From Tubulanus polymorphus (taxonomy: Eukaryota; Animalia; Nemertea): a DNA stretch of 64,000 bases. The position numbers and the translations under genes were made by a program. How positions within the stretch are numbered: position 1 is the stretch's first letter; the number at the start of each line of letters is the position of its first letter. The DNA lies in NCBI RefSeq assembly GCF_964204645.1, contig NC_134036.1, positions 10,457,859 through 10,521,858 on the forward strand, read 5' to 3'. Below are positions 13,146 through 24,589 of this stretch, piece by piece. Below the pieces are notes generated by a model that worked only from the letters and a program-made list of their open reading frames with translations, did no database searches and was not told the DNA's origin.

Positions 13146-13568
13146 CTAATTAGTAAATTTATACGCTACAAATATAACAATACCTGTTCCACCTAAAACC
13201 CATATTATTTCATATTTCTTCTGTTCATTACTTGGGGTATAATAATCTGATATTGTAGGTTTACGTAGATGTAATTTTTCTTTATTTGTTACCGCGTTAT
13301 ATAAACTCATTGCATCATCAACTGATTGAAAATCTCCATGTGAAATCTTCTGATCATATAATTCCTTGTTAATATAATCCATATAGTTTTGCCTCTTTTC
13401 TCTATATTCTTCTGCTGCTTTATTGTATTTCTCTAATGCTTAGTTATGTCTTTTTTGCTCTGATAATGATCCATTTTTATCAATATGTTTAAATAAATAA
13501 CCACCACCAGTAAATGCTAAAGCGTTAACAATTGCCGATCCTATAATAGTTATAACTGCAGAAGCCAT
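13146..13568 (-). pseudogene. 140-aa membrane protein: hydrophobic Gly-rich N-terminus, EQKRHN coiled coil, C-terminal TM (one premature stop)
   Basis: MASAVITIIGSAIVNALAFTGGGYLF...EQKRHN*ALEKY is in frame with ORF 13146-13382 ending IIWVLGGTGIVIFVAYKF. Confidence 0.75.
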
Positions 13569-13592
13569 TTATTTAGTAAAATAATTATGTAT

Positions 13593-13814
13593 TTATATGG
13601 GAGGAATATATTTTTGTTTTTCTAAATAATCAATAGTTAAATTAGATAAAGTAACTGCTAATGTTAATTTTAAGATATTATTTATATCAAATCTATCAAC
13701 ATTAACACTTCCCATTTTGAATACTTTTTTTAATACCATTGAATAACCAACAGTTCCAACTGATAGTAATGCTCTATTATATAATCCAGTTATTATCCAC
13801 TTATTATCACTCAT
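13593..13814 (-). CDS. 73-aa small protein with two hydrophobic helices
   Basis: Intact ORF, TAAATG start, ATGA overlap with the upstream stop. Confidence 0.7.
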   Translation of the reverse strand: MSDNKWIITGLYNRALLSVGTVGYSMVLKKVFKMGSVNVDRFDINNILKLTLAVTLSNLTIDYLEKQKYIPPI

Positions 13815-14173
13815 TTATTTATCAAAAAATTACTATCATCAAAATATTTAGTTAACTTATTTATGATTATTTCAACATTTATTTCATTACTAGTTTCATT
13901 TGTATATATTTCAATTATTATTATTTTAATATCATCGATGATAAAATCTTCATCTAATTCATAAAATCTTAAAGATTCTCTAATTAAATTAGTAATCTTT
14001 TCTACATTTAAAGTTTCTTTATCTACTGTTGTTTCATACTCAAATGTTGTTTCATCATTAGAAAATGCTATATTTTTTATATGTGAAATTACATCATTAA
14101 TGTTAAATTTCATTTCTTTCTCACGTTTGAAATCAAATCCAAAACATATGCTCGGCCCAACAGTTATATTCAT
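13811..14173 (-). CDS. Unknown element protein, paralog 1 (MNITVGPSICFGFDFK)
   Basis: Intact ORF with TAAATG start. Confidence 0.7.
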   Translation of the reverse strand: MNITVGPSICFGFDFKREKEMKFNINDVISHIKNIAFSNDETTFEYETTVDKETLNVEKITNLIRESLRFYELDEDFIIDDIKIIIIEIYTNETSNEINVEIIINKLTKYFDDSNFLINK

Positions 14174-14236
14174 TTATATAGTGAAAAAATTACTCTCTAC
14201 ATCTTATAACTAATTCATAAATTACAGGAAGGTTAT

Positions 14237-14482
14237 TCAAACTGTTAATATGTTTTTAATATCATCAATAATTCCATCTTCATTTAAATCATAATATTCT
14301 AAAGGTGATTCAATTAAATCAATTACTTTTTCTATATTATAATTTTCTTTATTAATCATTGATGCATTGTTAAATGATTTACTTTTTATGTCAGTAATTA
14401 CAAAATTTAGTTTAATTCTCATTTCTTTACCATGTTTAAAATCAAACCCAAAACATATACTCGGTCCAACAGTTATATTCAT
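14237..14482 (-). CDS. Unknown element protein, paralog 2 (shorter or truncated)
   Basis: Identical first 16 aa to paralog 1; shared YY/YEL-ED-IIDDIK motif. Confidence 0.65.
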   Translation of the reverse strand: MNITVGPSICFGFDFKHGKEMRIKLNFVITDIKSKSFNNASMINKENYNIEKVIDLIESPLEYYDLNEDGIIDDIKNILTV

Positions 14483-14499
14483 TTATATAGTGAAAAAAA

Positions 14500-15257
14500 T
14501 TACTCTCTACATCTTATAACTAATTCATAAATTACAGGGAAATTATTTAAATCAATTAAGTATCCATTGTGATTTCTAATTTCTAATTTAAAATTATTAA
14601 ATTGAGGAATACAAGGTTTAAAATCACAATCAGCTAAATTATAATTCATTTGCGTTCCAAATTGTTTAACCTTCTTTAATGGTAAAATATTTAATATACT
14701 AGAATTACATGTTGTATCTTTAGTTGCTTCAAATGTTTTTGTAGGATCAATTAAATTGCAATAAATATAAAAGTGTGTAAAAGGTATTATATTTGAAATG
14801 CCTTCTACGTTTACTGTAACAACATCTGGTGCAATTCCTAGCAATTTAGCTAATGGTTTTTTACTATAAATGCATGTTGACTTTCATCAAATACCTTTAT
14901 TTTAATTTTATTTGTGCTATCACTTTTTATAAATCTAATCAAAAATTTATCATCTTTTCTAATTTTCAACCGTGCTCTTCGATTAATTTCTTGAGATAAT
15001 GTTTCTAAATTATATAATCCTGTTCTTAAAATTAGATCAAACCATTTATTTACATTTCTAATATGAATTAAAAAAGTATTATGTTCAATAGTTTTATTCG
15101 ATATATTGTAAAAAGAATTACATAAACTTATATTAACTAATTCTAAATCTACGCAATTTTTATAATCTCTATCTGATTGAACTAATAAATTATGTGATTT
15201 ATGATTTGTAAGTTTTCTTTAATCAACAAATATTCTGTATTCTTTTAATTCCGCCAT
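14500..15257 (-). pseudogene. Penton/minor capsid protein-like gene (single jelly-roll type), with a stop and a frameshift
   Basis: NSFYNIS...TGLYNLETL, LAKLLG, FYIYCNLI, SSILNILP and LEIRNHNGYLIDLNN match the Polinton/virophage minor capsid pattern. Confidence 0.7.
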
Positions 15258-15274
15258 TTATTTTACATATTTTC

Positions 15275-15628
15275 TTATTCGAAATCTATTTCATGGTGCC
15301 CTTTTTCATTCTTACCTTTGTATACGAAATAGAAATCTCCAGAACATAATTCTTCTAGATCTTCACTTGATAATCTATGAAATCTATCTGGTAAATATGT
15401 TCAGAATTTATATGTATTTCCTTTTAATCCTTCATATTCTAAGTGTATAACTAATTTATCTCCATATTTGTTAGTAACTGTATCAATATTTGTAATTAGA
15501 TATTTCTTATGGATCATTAATTCTTTTAACTTCTTAAATTTATAATCTACTGATTTGACATTTGAAGTATCTTTTATTCTATCTAAAAATAATTTGTTGT
15601 TCTCACTGTGTGTTTGTTTACTCTCCAT
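15275..15628 (-). pseudogene. Small Polinton-associated protein, possibly SSB/OB-fold-like (one premature stop)
   Basis: FKKLKEL..KKYLIT..TNKYGDKL...YLPDRF...FVYKG; homolog at 44556-44899. Confidence 0.5.
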
Positions 15629-16096
15629 TTATAATACATATTTTTATTACAATTTTATTAACATGTTAGAATCCTGTTCATAACCTCATTCTCTTTTGTT
15701 TCTTCTCTTTTAAATTTTGAGTATTCATCTAAATTGCAACCATAAGCAACTGTATGAAATCCATCATCTCAAATATATATTTTATCATCAAATGGGTTTA
15801 GACTAATCTTTTCAATTTCTTCAATAAAAGTTTCATGATCTTCAGATCTTAAACATCTCATCTTATGTTTTCTAACTTCTTCATTGAATATACAATTGAT
15901 GTAATCTTTGAAATGAATATTCTTTTCTACTACACTTTTGGTTATTCCTTTTAACTTTTTAGCTTCATGTTCTTTAGTTTTATATGAATACATTTTAGAT
16001 CTAATACCAATGAATTCAATCATTTCTTCACCGCCTAATTCATCTTTGAATTTACCGGGAACTTTTTTATTATCATTGCTAAACAATTCAGAAGTC

Positions 16097-16194
16097 TGAG
16101 AACCCAATATTTTTAAAAAAAATTTTTTTTTCGAAATAAAGTTCGCAAAATCTCAGGATCTGGTTTTTAGGGAAGTCGCATGGAAAGAGTTAAG
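16097..16194 (-). mobile_element. DNA transposon end (piggyBac-like, at TTAA) at the deletion that removed pPolB motifs B and C
   Basis: Foreign segment of about 100 bp ending GGAAAGAG|TTAA; pPolB sequence resumes on both sides with a gap relative to copy 2. Confidence 0.45.
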
Positions 16195-18158
16195 ATTCTA
16201 TAATGTACTACATAATTATATTTATCTTCTTGAGTTACCATTAACTTTTCTGTATGAATATGGTTTTCGGGTTTAATTCTTTTTTGATAATTTGATAATT
16301 CTTCATGAGTTACAGTTTTATGTTCTGGACATTATGCTAGATTTCTAGATTTAAATTTAATATGTTCAGGATATTCTAAATCTACAACAAAGAAGTAACC
16401 AGTATCTGAATCATCTGCAATATCTAGAATTATTTTCTTCCAATCATTTTCATGTTGTGAAACTTCACTCATTTCAAATACTCCGTAAGGTTGTGGTTCC
16501 ATCATTGCCCAACCATACAAATTATTTGCATCTATATATAATAACTTATATCCAGGGTTATCATTTACATTGAAATATCTATCCCCTAATACACCTGAAA
16601 CACCTCCTCTTATAGATTTTTCAAATAATAATAATTGATCTATATTTGTTAACAAATCCATTTTTATATCTGTAAATTTTAAACCACAATCCCATGTTAA
16701 TCCTGGACTTGAATAACAATGACAAGGATCAATATTGAAATATTTTAGGTTTACATCTCTAAACCTTTCGAATATATCGGTTAATAATAATACATCTGAT
16801 TTTAGATATGAATCTACTAATTGTCCATGATTTTCTATTTTGAAATGATTCCAAATATTCAATGTTCTATTATAGACTTCATCTTTAACATATTCATTTT
16901 TTAATTCATCATAGAATTGTTCTTTCAATAATTCAGTTATGTTAAAATCATAAGAAAGAATAAGGAATTGCGCCTTTATATCTCATTAATTGAAAATCAT
17001 CATTATTTGGGTAGTGTTGCTTTAATATTTTTAATTCATCATCAACTAATGATTTTGATAAGTTATCTAATGAACTATTTAAAAATCTATATGAATCTAT
17101 AAATCTTAAACACCCAAATTGGAATTATATATAATTCTCAGATGTTCTAGCTAACATTTTAAATTTATAAGTTGGTATTTTATCTTTTGATCTATTTGAA
17201 TTTAATCTTTCTATTTCATTATTGATTTCTTCTATTTTATGACATAACTGTTTGATGAATAAATGCGCATCATATCCTGATAGATTATGAAATATAACTG
17301 GTACAAAGTTAATTTTCTTAGCTTGTAAGTTACAATTCTCATGTGCAGCGCCTCTAAACTTTCCATTCAAATGATCATGGTCTCTTACTTTTTTATCTTT
17401 ATAATTGAATATCTTTTCACAATAATAACATTTAACTGCAAACGCAAATGCTTCTTTATCTTCTTCTGTTATTATAATTTCTATATTTGTATTCAATAAT
17501 TTACTAAATCTTATTTCATATTCAATTAATAAGTCACAAAAATGATTGATAACATTTTCATTTCTATAATGATAATATTCATTTTTAATTAGTTCTGGAT
17601 AATCAGATTTAATATATAACCCGAAAGCAGCAGCTGATTGATAAATCTTTTTAATAGTATTTGTTTTGGTGGTTCATCTGAAACATCATTTTCATTAGAA
17701 TTTAATTTCTTTCTTTTGTAATATATTTCTTTTCTATCTTGATCAGTTAGTTCTTTATTTAATGATTCAAAATCTCCATATATAACAAATGGTACTTTAT
17801 TTTTGAATCATATTTTTTGAATTCTGATATTTTATCCTTTTCATTTGGTAAAACTAATTTACGATAATCATGATTTTCACATAATTATTTATGATTTAAT
17901 AATGCACTTTCCGTTCTGAATTTATGTAAACATTTTCTACATAGATATATTTTATCATCAAAATCACTTTCTGATTTAAAAAATAAATCAATTCATTTAA
18001 TCCACATATAATGATTCTCATAATATAATATATCTATAACACCATTTGAATCATAATCTTTTGATAGGTATAAAGGTTCTAATGTATAATGTTTTATATT
18101 CTTACCTTTTGTATTTGGCAATTTGATTAAATCAAATACATCTATCTTTATATTATTA

Positions 18159-20333
18159 TTAGGCCAGCCGTAGGCTGAGCCTATTACTATACAAATGGAG
18201 CAAATTTAAATGACATGGTTTCCACACAAAAGGCTCTTTTGCTTGCCAAGTGAGGGCATATTCGAACAAATCACGTATTTAAGCGTAATCCATTCTCGGA
18301 ATCGTAGCGAGCAGAATTTTGAAATAGGGTCTCATAAAAATGTTTTCTGCATTTTTCACGAAAGTTAAATCGGGAAAATTTCAATTTTTATCAGCCAATC
18401 AGGAAGTTGTGTCTTCCCTGTGATTGGTTTATCTGAAAATATCAGCAGCTGTTCACGTGAATTATCGCGATTTCATTACTGGCGCTTTTGCGCATGACGT
18501 CATGTATCAACAAGCGACAATACTTCCGCGTTCGCTACGTTTTCGCTGATTGGCCCATTTACTGAGAAATTCCACACAAGCCTAATGTGGTTTGTTACAA
18601 GCGCTGTGATTGGCCCGACCCGATTCTGGCATGGCTTTAGCTTAGTGGGTTCGAATCCCTTGACGGGTGAAGATGATGGATCCTATCAATATCTATTGAA
18701 ACAAATAAGTTTCCCGGTTGGGCAGCCGCGGATATCTACCGGAAGTGTTCCGGTTCGATATTTCGAGGTTTCTTTGAATTTTGGAGTGATATTGAAAACC
18801 CAATGCATGATATTTGTATTACTTAATCAACGAAAAGCGTCGGGGCCGCGCCTGGAGTTTTCGTGATTCAAGTAGCGCAATAGCCTACTTCTTCGTGTTC
18901 GTCCACCTCAATTTTCACTCCGCCGATCTCTGACACGGCGCTGTGATTGCACTTTCGTACCACCAAACTTTTTTATTTCTATATCAGGGATGTCTGGAGA
19001 ATAAAAAAGTCAAAATTTGGATATCACATAGGCCTGATTTCATCGAATAAGTCGACCATGGTCGTTACGTTTCCGTACTTATTACCACCTAAAACCGTCC
19101 GAGCAATTTTGTCACAACCAACATTTCGTTTACAGAAATCAGGTGTTCACGTGAATCCGCGGTATCGTCTACTGTTTTACTTCCGGGTTTTATTTTAAGA
19201 TTTAAAATTGTATTTCAAGATCGATTTCTATGAAATCTTTAGTTGATTTGGTGTTTGGGAGGAATTTTTATTTGCTCTACAGAAAATTCATCCTTGACAA
19301 TTGCGCAAGGTTCGCGAAAAAAAGGTTTTACCAAATCGGGTGTATGACCTTGATATGCTAATTAGCCATGTGCCCGAATTGAAAATTCAATCAAATTTTA
19401 TTCTGCCAAAAAATGTTAAATACAATTCGCTTTCCGAGAGTTAATGGTATGCTGCATGGAACAAAGTTGTTTTGAGATGGGTCTTGAAGCTATTGAGGTC
19501 GAGAGATAACCATCTAGATAGTTCGTGAGAGTTCCAAAGTTTTGAAGACGCTTCAAGGTAATGTCTTGATATTTGTTTTATACGTGTATCTACCCTAGAC
19601 ACATCTTCAGGCCCTGTCAGATTCAAGATGGCCGACTGGCAGCCATTGTTGTTCGCCAAAATCAGCACTTTTTACACATTTTTGAAGTTTTCGAGGGAAA
19701 TTTTGAAGACACTTTTATCAATAACCTTGATCATTCGTATATATTTGTATCCCGCGAGGGCCCATCGGCATGAGAAAAATTGAGTCGATCGGACTCGAGA
19801 TGGCCGTACTGTGATCTTTTTTGTTCCCAAAATTGTTGGCCTGAATTCTGAGTACTGTAGCTTTCTAATGGTGCACCATGTTTCATTGCAATTTGTAATG
19901 GGTATTCTTTGGAAAGGGATATTTTATATCCGAGAGGGTATTTTTGACCAGGCAATTATGACGCACTTGGCAGCCATTTTTGGGTCATCAGTACTCATTC
20001 GTAGGTGGAAAAAAAGTTTTTCCACATCATAATTGATACTTAAGCATATTTTGCTACTATAATCAATTGGAAAGTTGTAGCTCATGACATGTTCTATGAT
20101 CGAGGTGAGTTTCAAGCTCATTGGTTTTTTTAATGGCCACCAGGGGCGTTGAACAATACAATAACTTAGTATTTCTATATTACATTCGTTCCTGCTGTCT
20201 GTGTTAACACACGATTTTACTATGTAAATGATATTGAGCAGGGAGTGTATATTGATAAATATAACCCACAGATTACATCATTTATAAAAAGCAAATCTGA
20301 CAGGCTGGCCATTGTGCCCCTTGGGGCTCTTGT
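18159..20333 (+). mobile_element. Non-autonomous Helentron-type element (HINE) inserted in pPolB
   Basis: Empty site visible in copy 3 (about 43470); no TSD; sub-TIRs GGCCAGCC/GGCTGGCC, 3' hairpin GCCCC-TT-GGGGC, end CTTGT. Confidence 0.8.
19441..19555 (-). pseudogene. L2/CR1-type LINE ORF2 C-terminal fragment inside the HINE
   Basis: KLWNS...SFKTHLKTTLF motif. Confidence 0.65.
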
Positions 20334-21501
20334 CTCTTTCTATTTTTGGGATGTTTTTAATTATTACAGGATACTTATCTTTCTTATAATTATTTTAAAA
20401 TGGTTTATAATGAGTTAATCTAAAACTATGTTTATTATAATCTTCAACTGGGTGTAAACAACTAATTATAGCCCATAGAAAATATTTATCATCTTCATTT
20501 TGTACATTTATAACAGCATTAGTTTTAAATGGTAATTTAATATAACTCGATGCTTCAATATCTGGTTCTTTATAATATGATACATTATTTTCATCTATTG
20601 GTTTCGATTTAGTTAACTTATTATATTTTGTGTTATACACATGTAAAGTCATAAATATTATTTCATCAAATATTAAACCAGATCCTTCAAAATATTTCTC
20701 TTCTATTTTAGTTTTTACTTCATTATAACATTTATTTAATTTCATCTATATGTTGTTTAGATATAATATGTTGTGAATGAGAATTTATATTGTAAATTGG
20801 TTTATCTTCAGATTTTATGCATTTAACTTTAGAAGATATACTTATTTTAGGATATTCAACATCAGTTATTATTTTTATTATTTCTTTTCTAAATGTTTTT
20901 TATTTTCTTCTAATGTTTTTCCTTTATGAAATTTAAACTCGATAGCTGCTGGGCCAATATCACTTTTAAATGCTTCGGTTATCTCTAAACTTTTTTATTA
21001 TCTAATGAATTAACATATTTTCTTACATCTTCCATGTATGGTCTTTTATTGTTTAATTTATTTTTTATGCTTTTAATTGACTTCTGTTTCTCATCATTGT
21101 CATTATCAAAATAATCCTCACCTAAAATATCATTATTCATATTTCTAATATGACTTTTAGATTTTAAATGTTCATTATAATATCTTTTATCACTGAATGA
21201 TTGATTACACGTATCACATTTATATGTTTCTTTTTCATTCTTTAATTCATCTAATTTAGTTTCTAATATATCATCTTTATATCCTAGTTTCAATTTATTC
21301 TCTAAATTCGTTTTAGTTTTATTGTGTCTTGCTTTTTGGGATTTATCTATATTGATATTACATATTGGACAGTAGTACTTATTTGCTTCCATTTAATACT
21401 AAACTTTTTTTTAAAATTGATTTGACACATTTTATTCATTTATATTTTATTCATTTATATGTTATTCATATATATTTTATTCATGTATATGAATATTTTA
21501 A

Positions 21502-21713
21502 GAGTAATAGGGGTTTAGTTGGTTCATGCTAAAGGTCGAAAGGGCGAGTGAGTAAAAAATGAAAAATATGAAAATAACAACAATTTCTACTTGAATTAGG
21601 AGTGGAACTCATAAAAATGAAAAATAAATTCGAGCGTGTGAGAATTTATTTTTCATTTTTTATGAGCTCGACCTTTCGACCTTTGGCCTGAACCAACTAA
21701 ACCCCTATTTCTC
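21502..21713. repeat. Right-terminal palindrome of copy 1 (47-bp outer arms plus an inner hairpin)
   Basis: GAGTAATAGGGGTTTAGTTGGTTCA... pairs with ...TGAACCAACTAAACCCCTATTTCTC; inner AAAAATAAATTC-gagcgtgtga-GAATTTATTTTT. Confidence 0.85.
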
Positions 21714-22284
21714 ACATCTTAGCAATCTCGGTACTCGCCCTATTTCTTTCAAGAAATCCAGGTAAAATTGCGCTATGTATCGGGGGTTATTGTTAGACGG
21801 TCCACATTTGAGCCAAAGAAGCTTTCGAGAATAACCATCTATTGCAGCGTGGATGGCAATACCGACCGAAAGGTTTTAGCTCATCGTAGCCATCGATGTG
21901 AATGAGAAATTATGGACCTTGATTGATATATTGTCTCCTCCGGAAGCGACGGTGTCGACGGAGAGAAACACCTTCGGGATCAATTGCTTCAAGGAAATGT
22001 CGGACGGTATCTTGGGAGACTCGGACACCATGCACCACATTGAGGAGCCTCCAAATGCTCCTGTAACCGTAATTTCCATAACCAGATTGATATAGTTCCA
22101 AAATAAGTCTGATTAACTGAATATGATCTTCTGCCCGCCGAATCCTCAATCCTAGTCTCCTCTTAATGCGTTTTATTGTCCGTTCACTAATGAGTATACC
22201 GTGATTGGTTACCAAAGAGGCTCGAATTTCTGTCACGGTGTACATTCTTTCAAAATAATGACGGACTAAGACATCTATATCCAT
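21714..22284 (-). pseudogene. Integrase-core (IS3/IS481-like eukaryotic) DDE transposase, 3' truncated
   Basis: HTH region, YGYRSIW, then GP*FLIHIDGYDELKPFG / IAIHAAIDGYSRKLLW...RVPRLLRC after a 4-bp frameshift. Confidence 0.8.
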
Positions 22285-22669
22285 CTCCTGAAATGATAAT
22301 TACATGAGATAAAACGTGAGAACAAAACGTGTCAATAAAAACGTAAGGCCTGCTTGTAAACATTCAGGTGCAACGTGGACGTCCTGTAATTTTTTTTTTA
22401 TATTTCGGAAGGGGAGGGGTAAATTTTCTTAAAAGGGCCATATAGACCAATTTTGTAACATATCTATGTACTGAAATGGCACAATGAGCCTTCGCCTGTG
22501 CACCATAGTGCTTGCTGATACGTCCATTTAGTTGGACTGAAAGATTCCAGCATGCAAATCAGTATGCACTTACTGGGACACACAAACGATTCCTTGGACC
22601 TGTGTATGTCAGCGGCACTGGCAACGGTGGTAGGCCTGCATCGGTTGCATGTACAAATTAGGACACTTT

Positions 22670-23970
22670 TCGCGACGTCAAAACAAGTCGACGTATCTGC
22701 ATCGACTTGTCGGTGTATCCTCGCTAGTCGACAAAATTTTGTCGAGTTATCGAGAAGGCTATCGCGATCTGACGACATGATTTCAGTGACACGGCTTCAC
22801 AGTCGACATTGGAAAGTAGATTTGTCGAATAAACTTCATGACATGACGACATTTTTTGTCGACAAGTCGCAATAAGGTCACGACAAGTCGCCATAAATTT
22901 GACGACGCGCCGATATAGGAGACGAAGACACCAGAAATAAGACGACTGAGTATCAAGTCGTCATAAATATATCGACTTGTCGCGAGGAAAATGGTCGAGA
23001 AAACGGAATATGTCGTCAAAACGTCACGATATAGCGACATATTCATATCGACTTGACGCGATATATCCCGGTATGTCGACATAAATATGACGACTTGTCG
23101 AGTTGGAACGCGAAATTTCGAGGCCCCTTATCGCTTCCATAAATATCACGATAAATCGTTATACGGATCACGCCTTTCACCAATGTCGACGTCTGTATCT
23201 CAACATAACCGCGTACCGTCGACATAATTATCACTCCTTTAGCTAAAATGTTGTGAAACGTACGGAAGCGATAAGGGGCCTCGAGATGTCGCGTTCAAAC
23301 TCGACAAGTCGTCATATTTATGTCGACATACCGCGATATATCGCGTCAAGTCGACATGAATATGTCGATATATCGTGACGTTTTGACGACATATTTCGTT
23401 CTCTCGACCACTTTCCTCGCGACGAGTCGACATATTTATGACGACTTGAAACTCAGTCGTCATATCACTGGTGTCCTCATCTTACATTTAGACGTGTCTT
23501 CAAATGACGGCTTGCCCCGTGGAAAATGGCCGAAAAAGCGAAATTTGTCGTGAAAACGTCACGATATGTCGACATATTCATGTCGACTTGACGCGATACA
23601 TCGCGATATGTCGATATAAATATGGCGACTTGTCAAGTTGGAACGCGACAACTCGAGGCCCTTTATCGCTTCCGTACTTTTTTGCCCATTTTCCACGGGA
23701 CAAGCAATCTAAATGTAAGATGAGGACACCAGTAATATGACAATTGAGTTTCAAGTCGTCATGAATATGTCGACTTGTCACGAAGAAAGTGGTCGAGAAA
23801 ACGAAATATGTCGTCAAAACGTCACGACATATCGACATATTCATGTCGACTTGCCGCGATATATCGCGTCAAGTTTATGTCGACATACCGCGATATATCT
23901 CGACATAAATATGACGACTTGTCGAGTTGGAACGCGACATCTCGAGGCCCCTTATTGCTTCCGTACATAC
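22670..23970. repeat. CpG/GTCGAC-rich fold-back repeat block (units in both orientations); second block at 41571-42010
   Basis: Repeated GTCGACATATTCATGTCGAC and GAGGCCCCTTATCGCTTCC motifs in direct and inverted orientation. Confidence 0.85.
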
Positions 23971-24553
23971 GTGATGATGTTTAATGTTAGATGAATATGA
24001 AAGAACAAATGAAAAAGTTGGCAGAAAAATTAAAATGACTTTATCATCACCAGAATCTGGTGGACATATTGAATGTTGGTGTTCAAGTAAAATGACCCGA
24101 AATGCTGGGGCATAATAATAGTGTTCGGTACATGGTCGATGAACTAAATAGGTCATTCGCATCACTGGTCACACTTTGTACGATTGATTTGCGGCATGCT
24201 ACAAAACATGCGACAAAATATTGAATTGTCGCGTGCGACAAAACCAAAAAAAAATGAATTGTTGTGGGCGACAAAACCAAAATATTGAATTGTCGCGGCG
24301 ACAAAACCAAATTATTCATTATGAGAATGCCGGTTTGCTAGCGTATCTATTTAATACCCGTATTGCTCGCGTTAGTTTTACTATCAACGGGTGGCGCTGT
24401 ATGTAAATTTCACGTAAATCAACGACTTTCGGCTATTAGCGGTACTTAAGACCACTTGAAAACATCATAGTCAATTACGGTAGTAGTGAACATAGAAAGA
24501 TACAGTACAAGGATACAGTACGGTGTACAGTTAAGGACATGATTCCATAGGAC

Positions 24554-24589
24554 CAAAAATTCATAAAGACTAGTCTTTATGAATTTTTG
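24554..24589. mobile_element. 36-bp perfect palindrome with 7-bp TSD (ATAGGAC)
   Basis: CAAAAATTCATAAAGACT|AGTCTTTATGAATTTTTG flanked by ATAGGAC. Confidence 0.8.

Larger units (their letters stand above)
15658..21392 (-). pseudogene. Protein-primed family B DNA polymerase, copy 1, fragmented
   Basis: N-terminal Zn finger, NVQNEDDK, YGDFES (ExoI), endonuclease VII-like DHDH..G.FRGAAH..CN, FHNLSGYDAH (ExoII), YLKSDV (ExoIII), YIDANNLYG (motif A), GKFKDE/KMY/KGI; motifs B and C deleted. Confidence 0.95.
8645..21713 (-). mobile_element. Endogenous Polinton/adintovirus-related pPolB element, copy 1 (decayed, left end truncated)
   Basis: Very AT-rich, intronless, tightly packed gene array with pPolB, penton-like gene and A32-type ATPase; palindrome at the right end. 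Confidence 0.85.

Noticed and set aside
18645-18665. tRNA gene (GGTTCGAATCCC; similar at 53370)
   Set aside because: Only a T-arm/B-box fragment with no cloverleaf; lies inside repeats
21413-21420. AAAATTGA as a Mimivirus-type early promoter
   Set aside because: It lies on the strand opposite to the genes and the DNA is very AT-rich; kept only as part of a shared upstream motif
21714-22284. Treating the integrase-core gene as the pPolB element's own integrase
   Set aside because: It has higher GC, a splice-acceptor-like site before its ATG, lies outside the terminal palindrome and is truncated by it, and is absent beside copy 3
22464-24165. Many short ORFs in the GTCGAC block
   Set aside because: By-products of a GC-richer repeat, with no protein motifs
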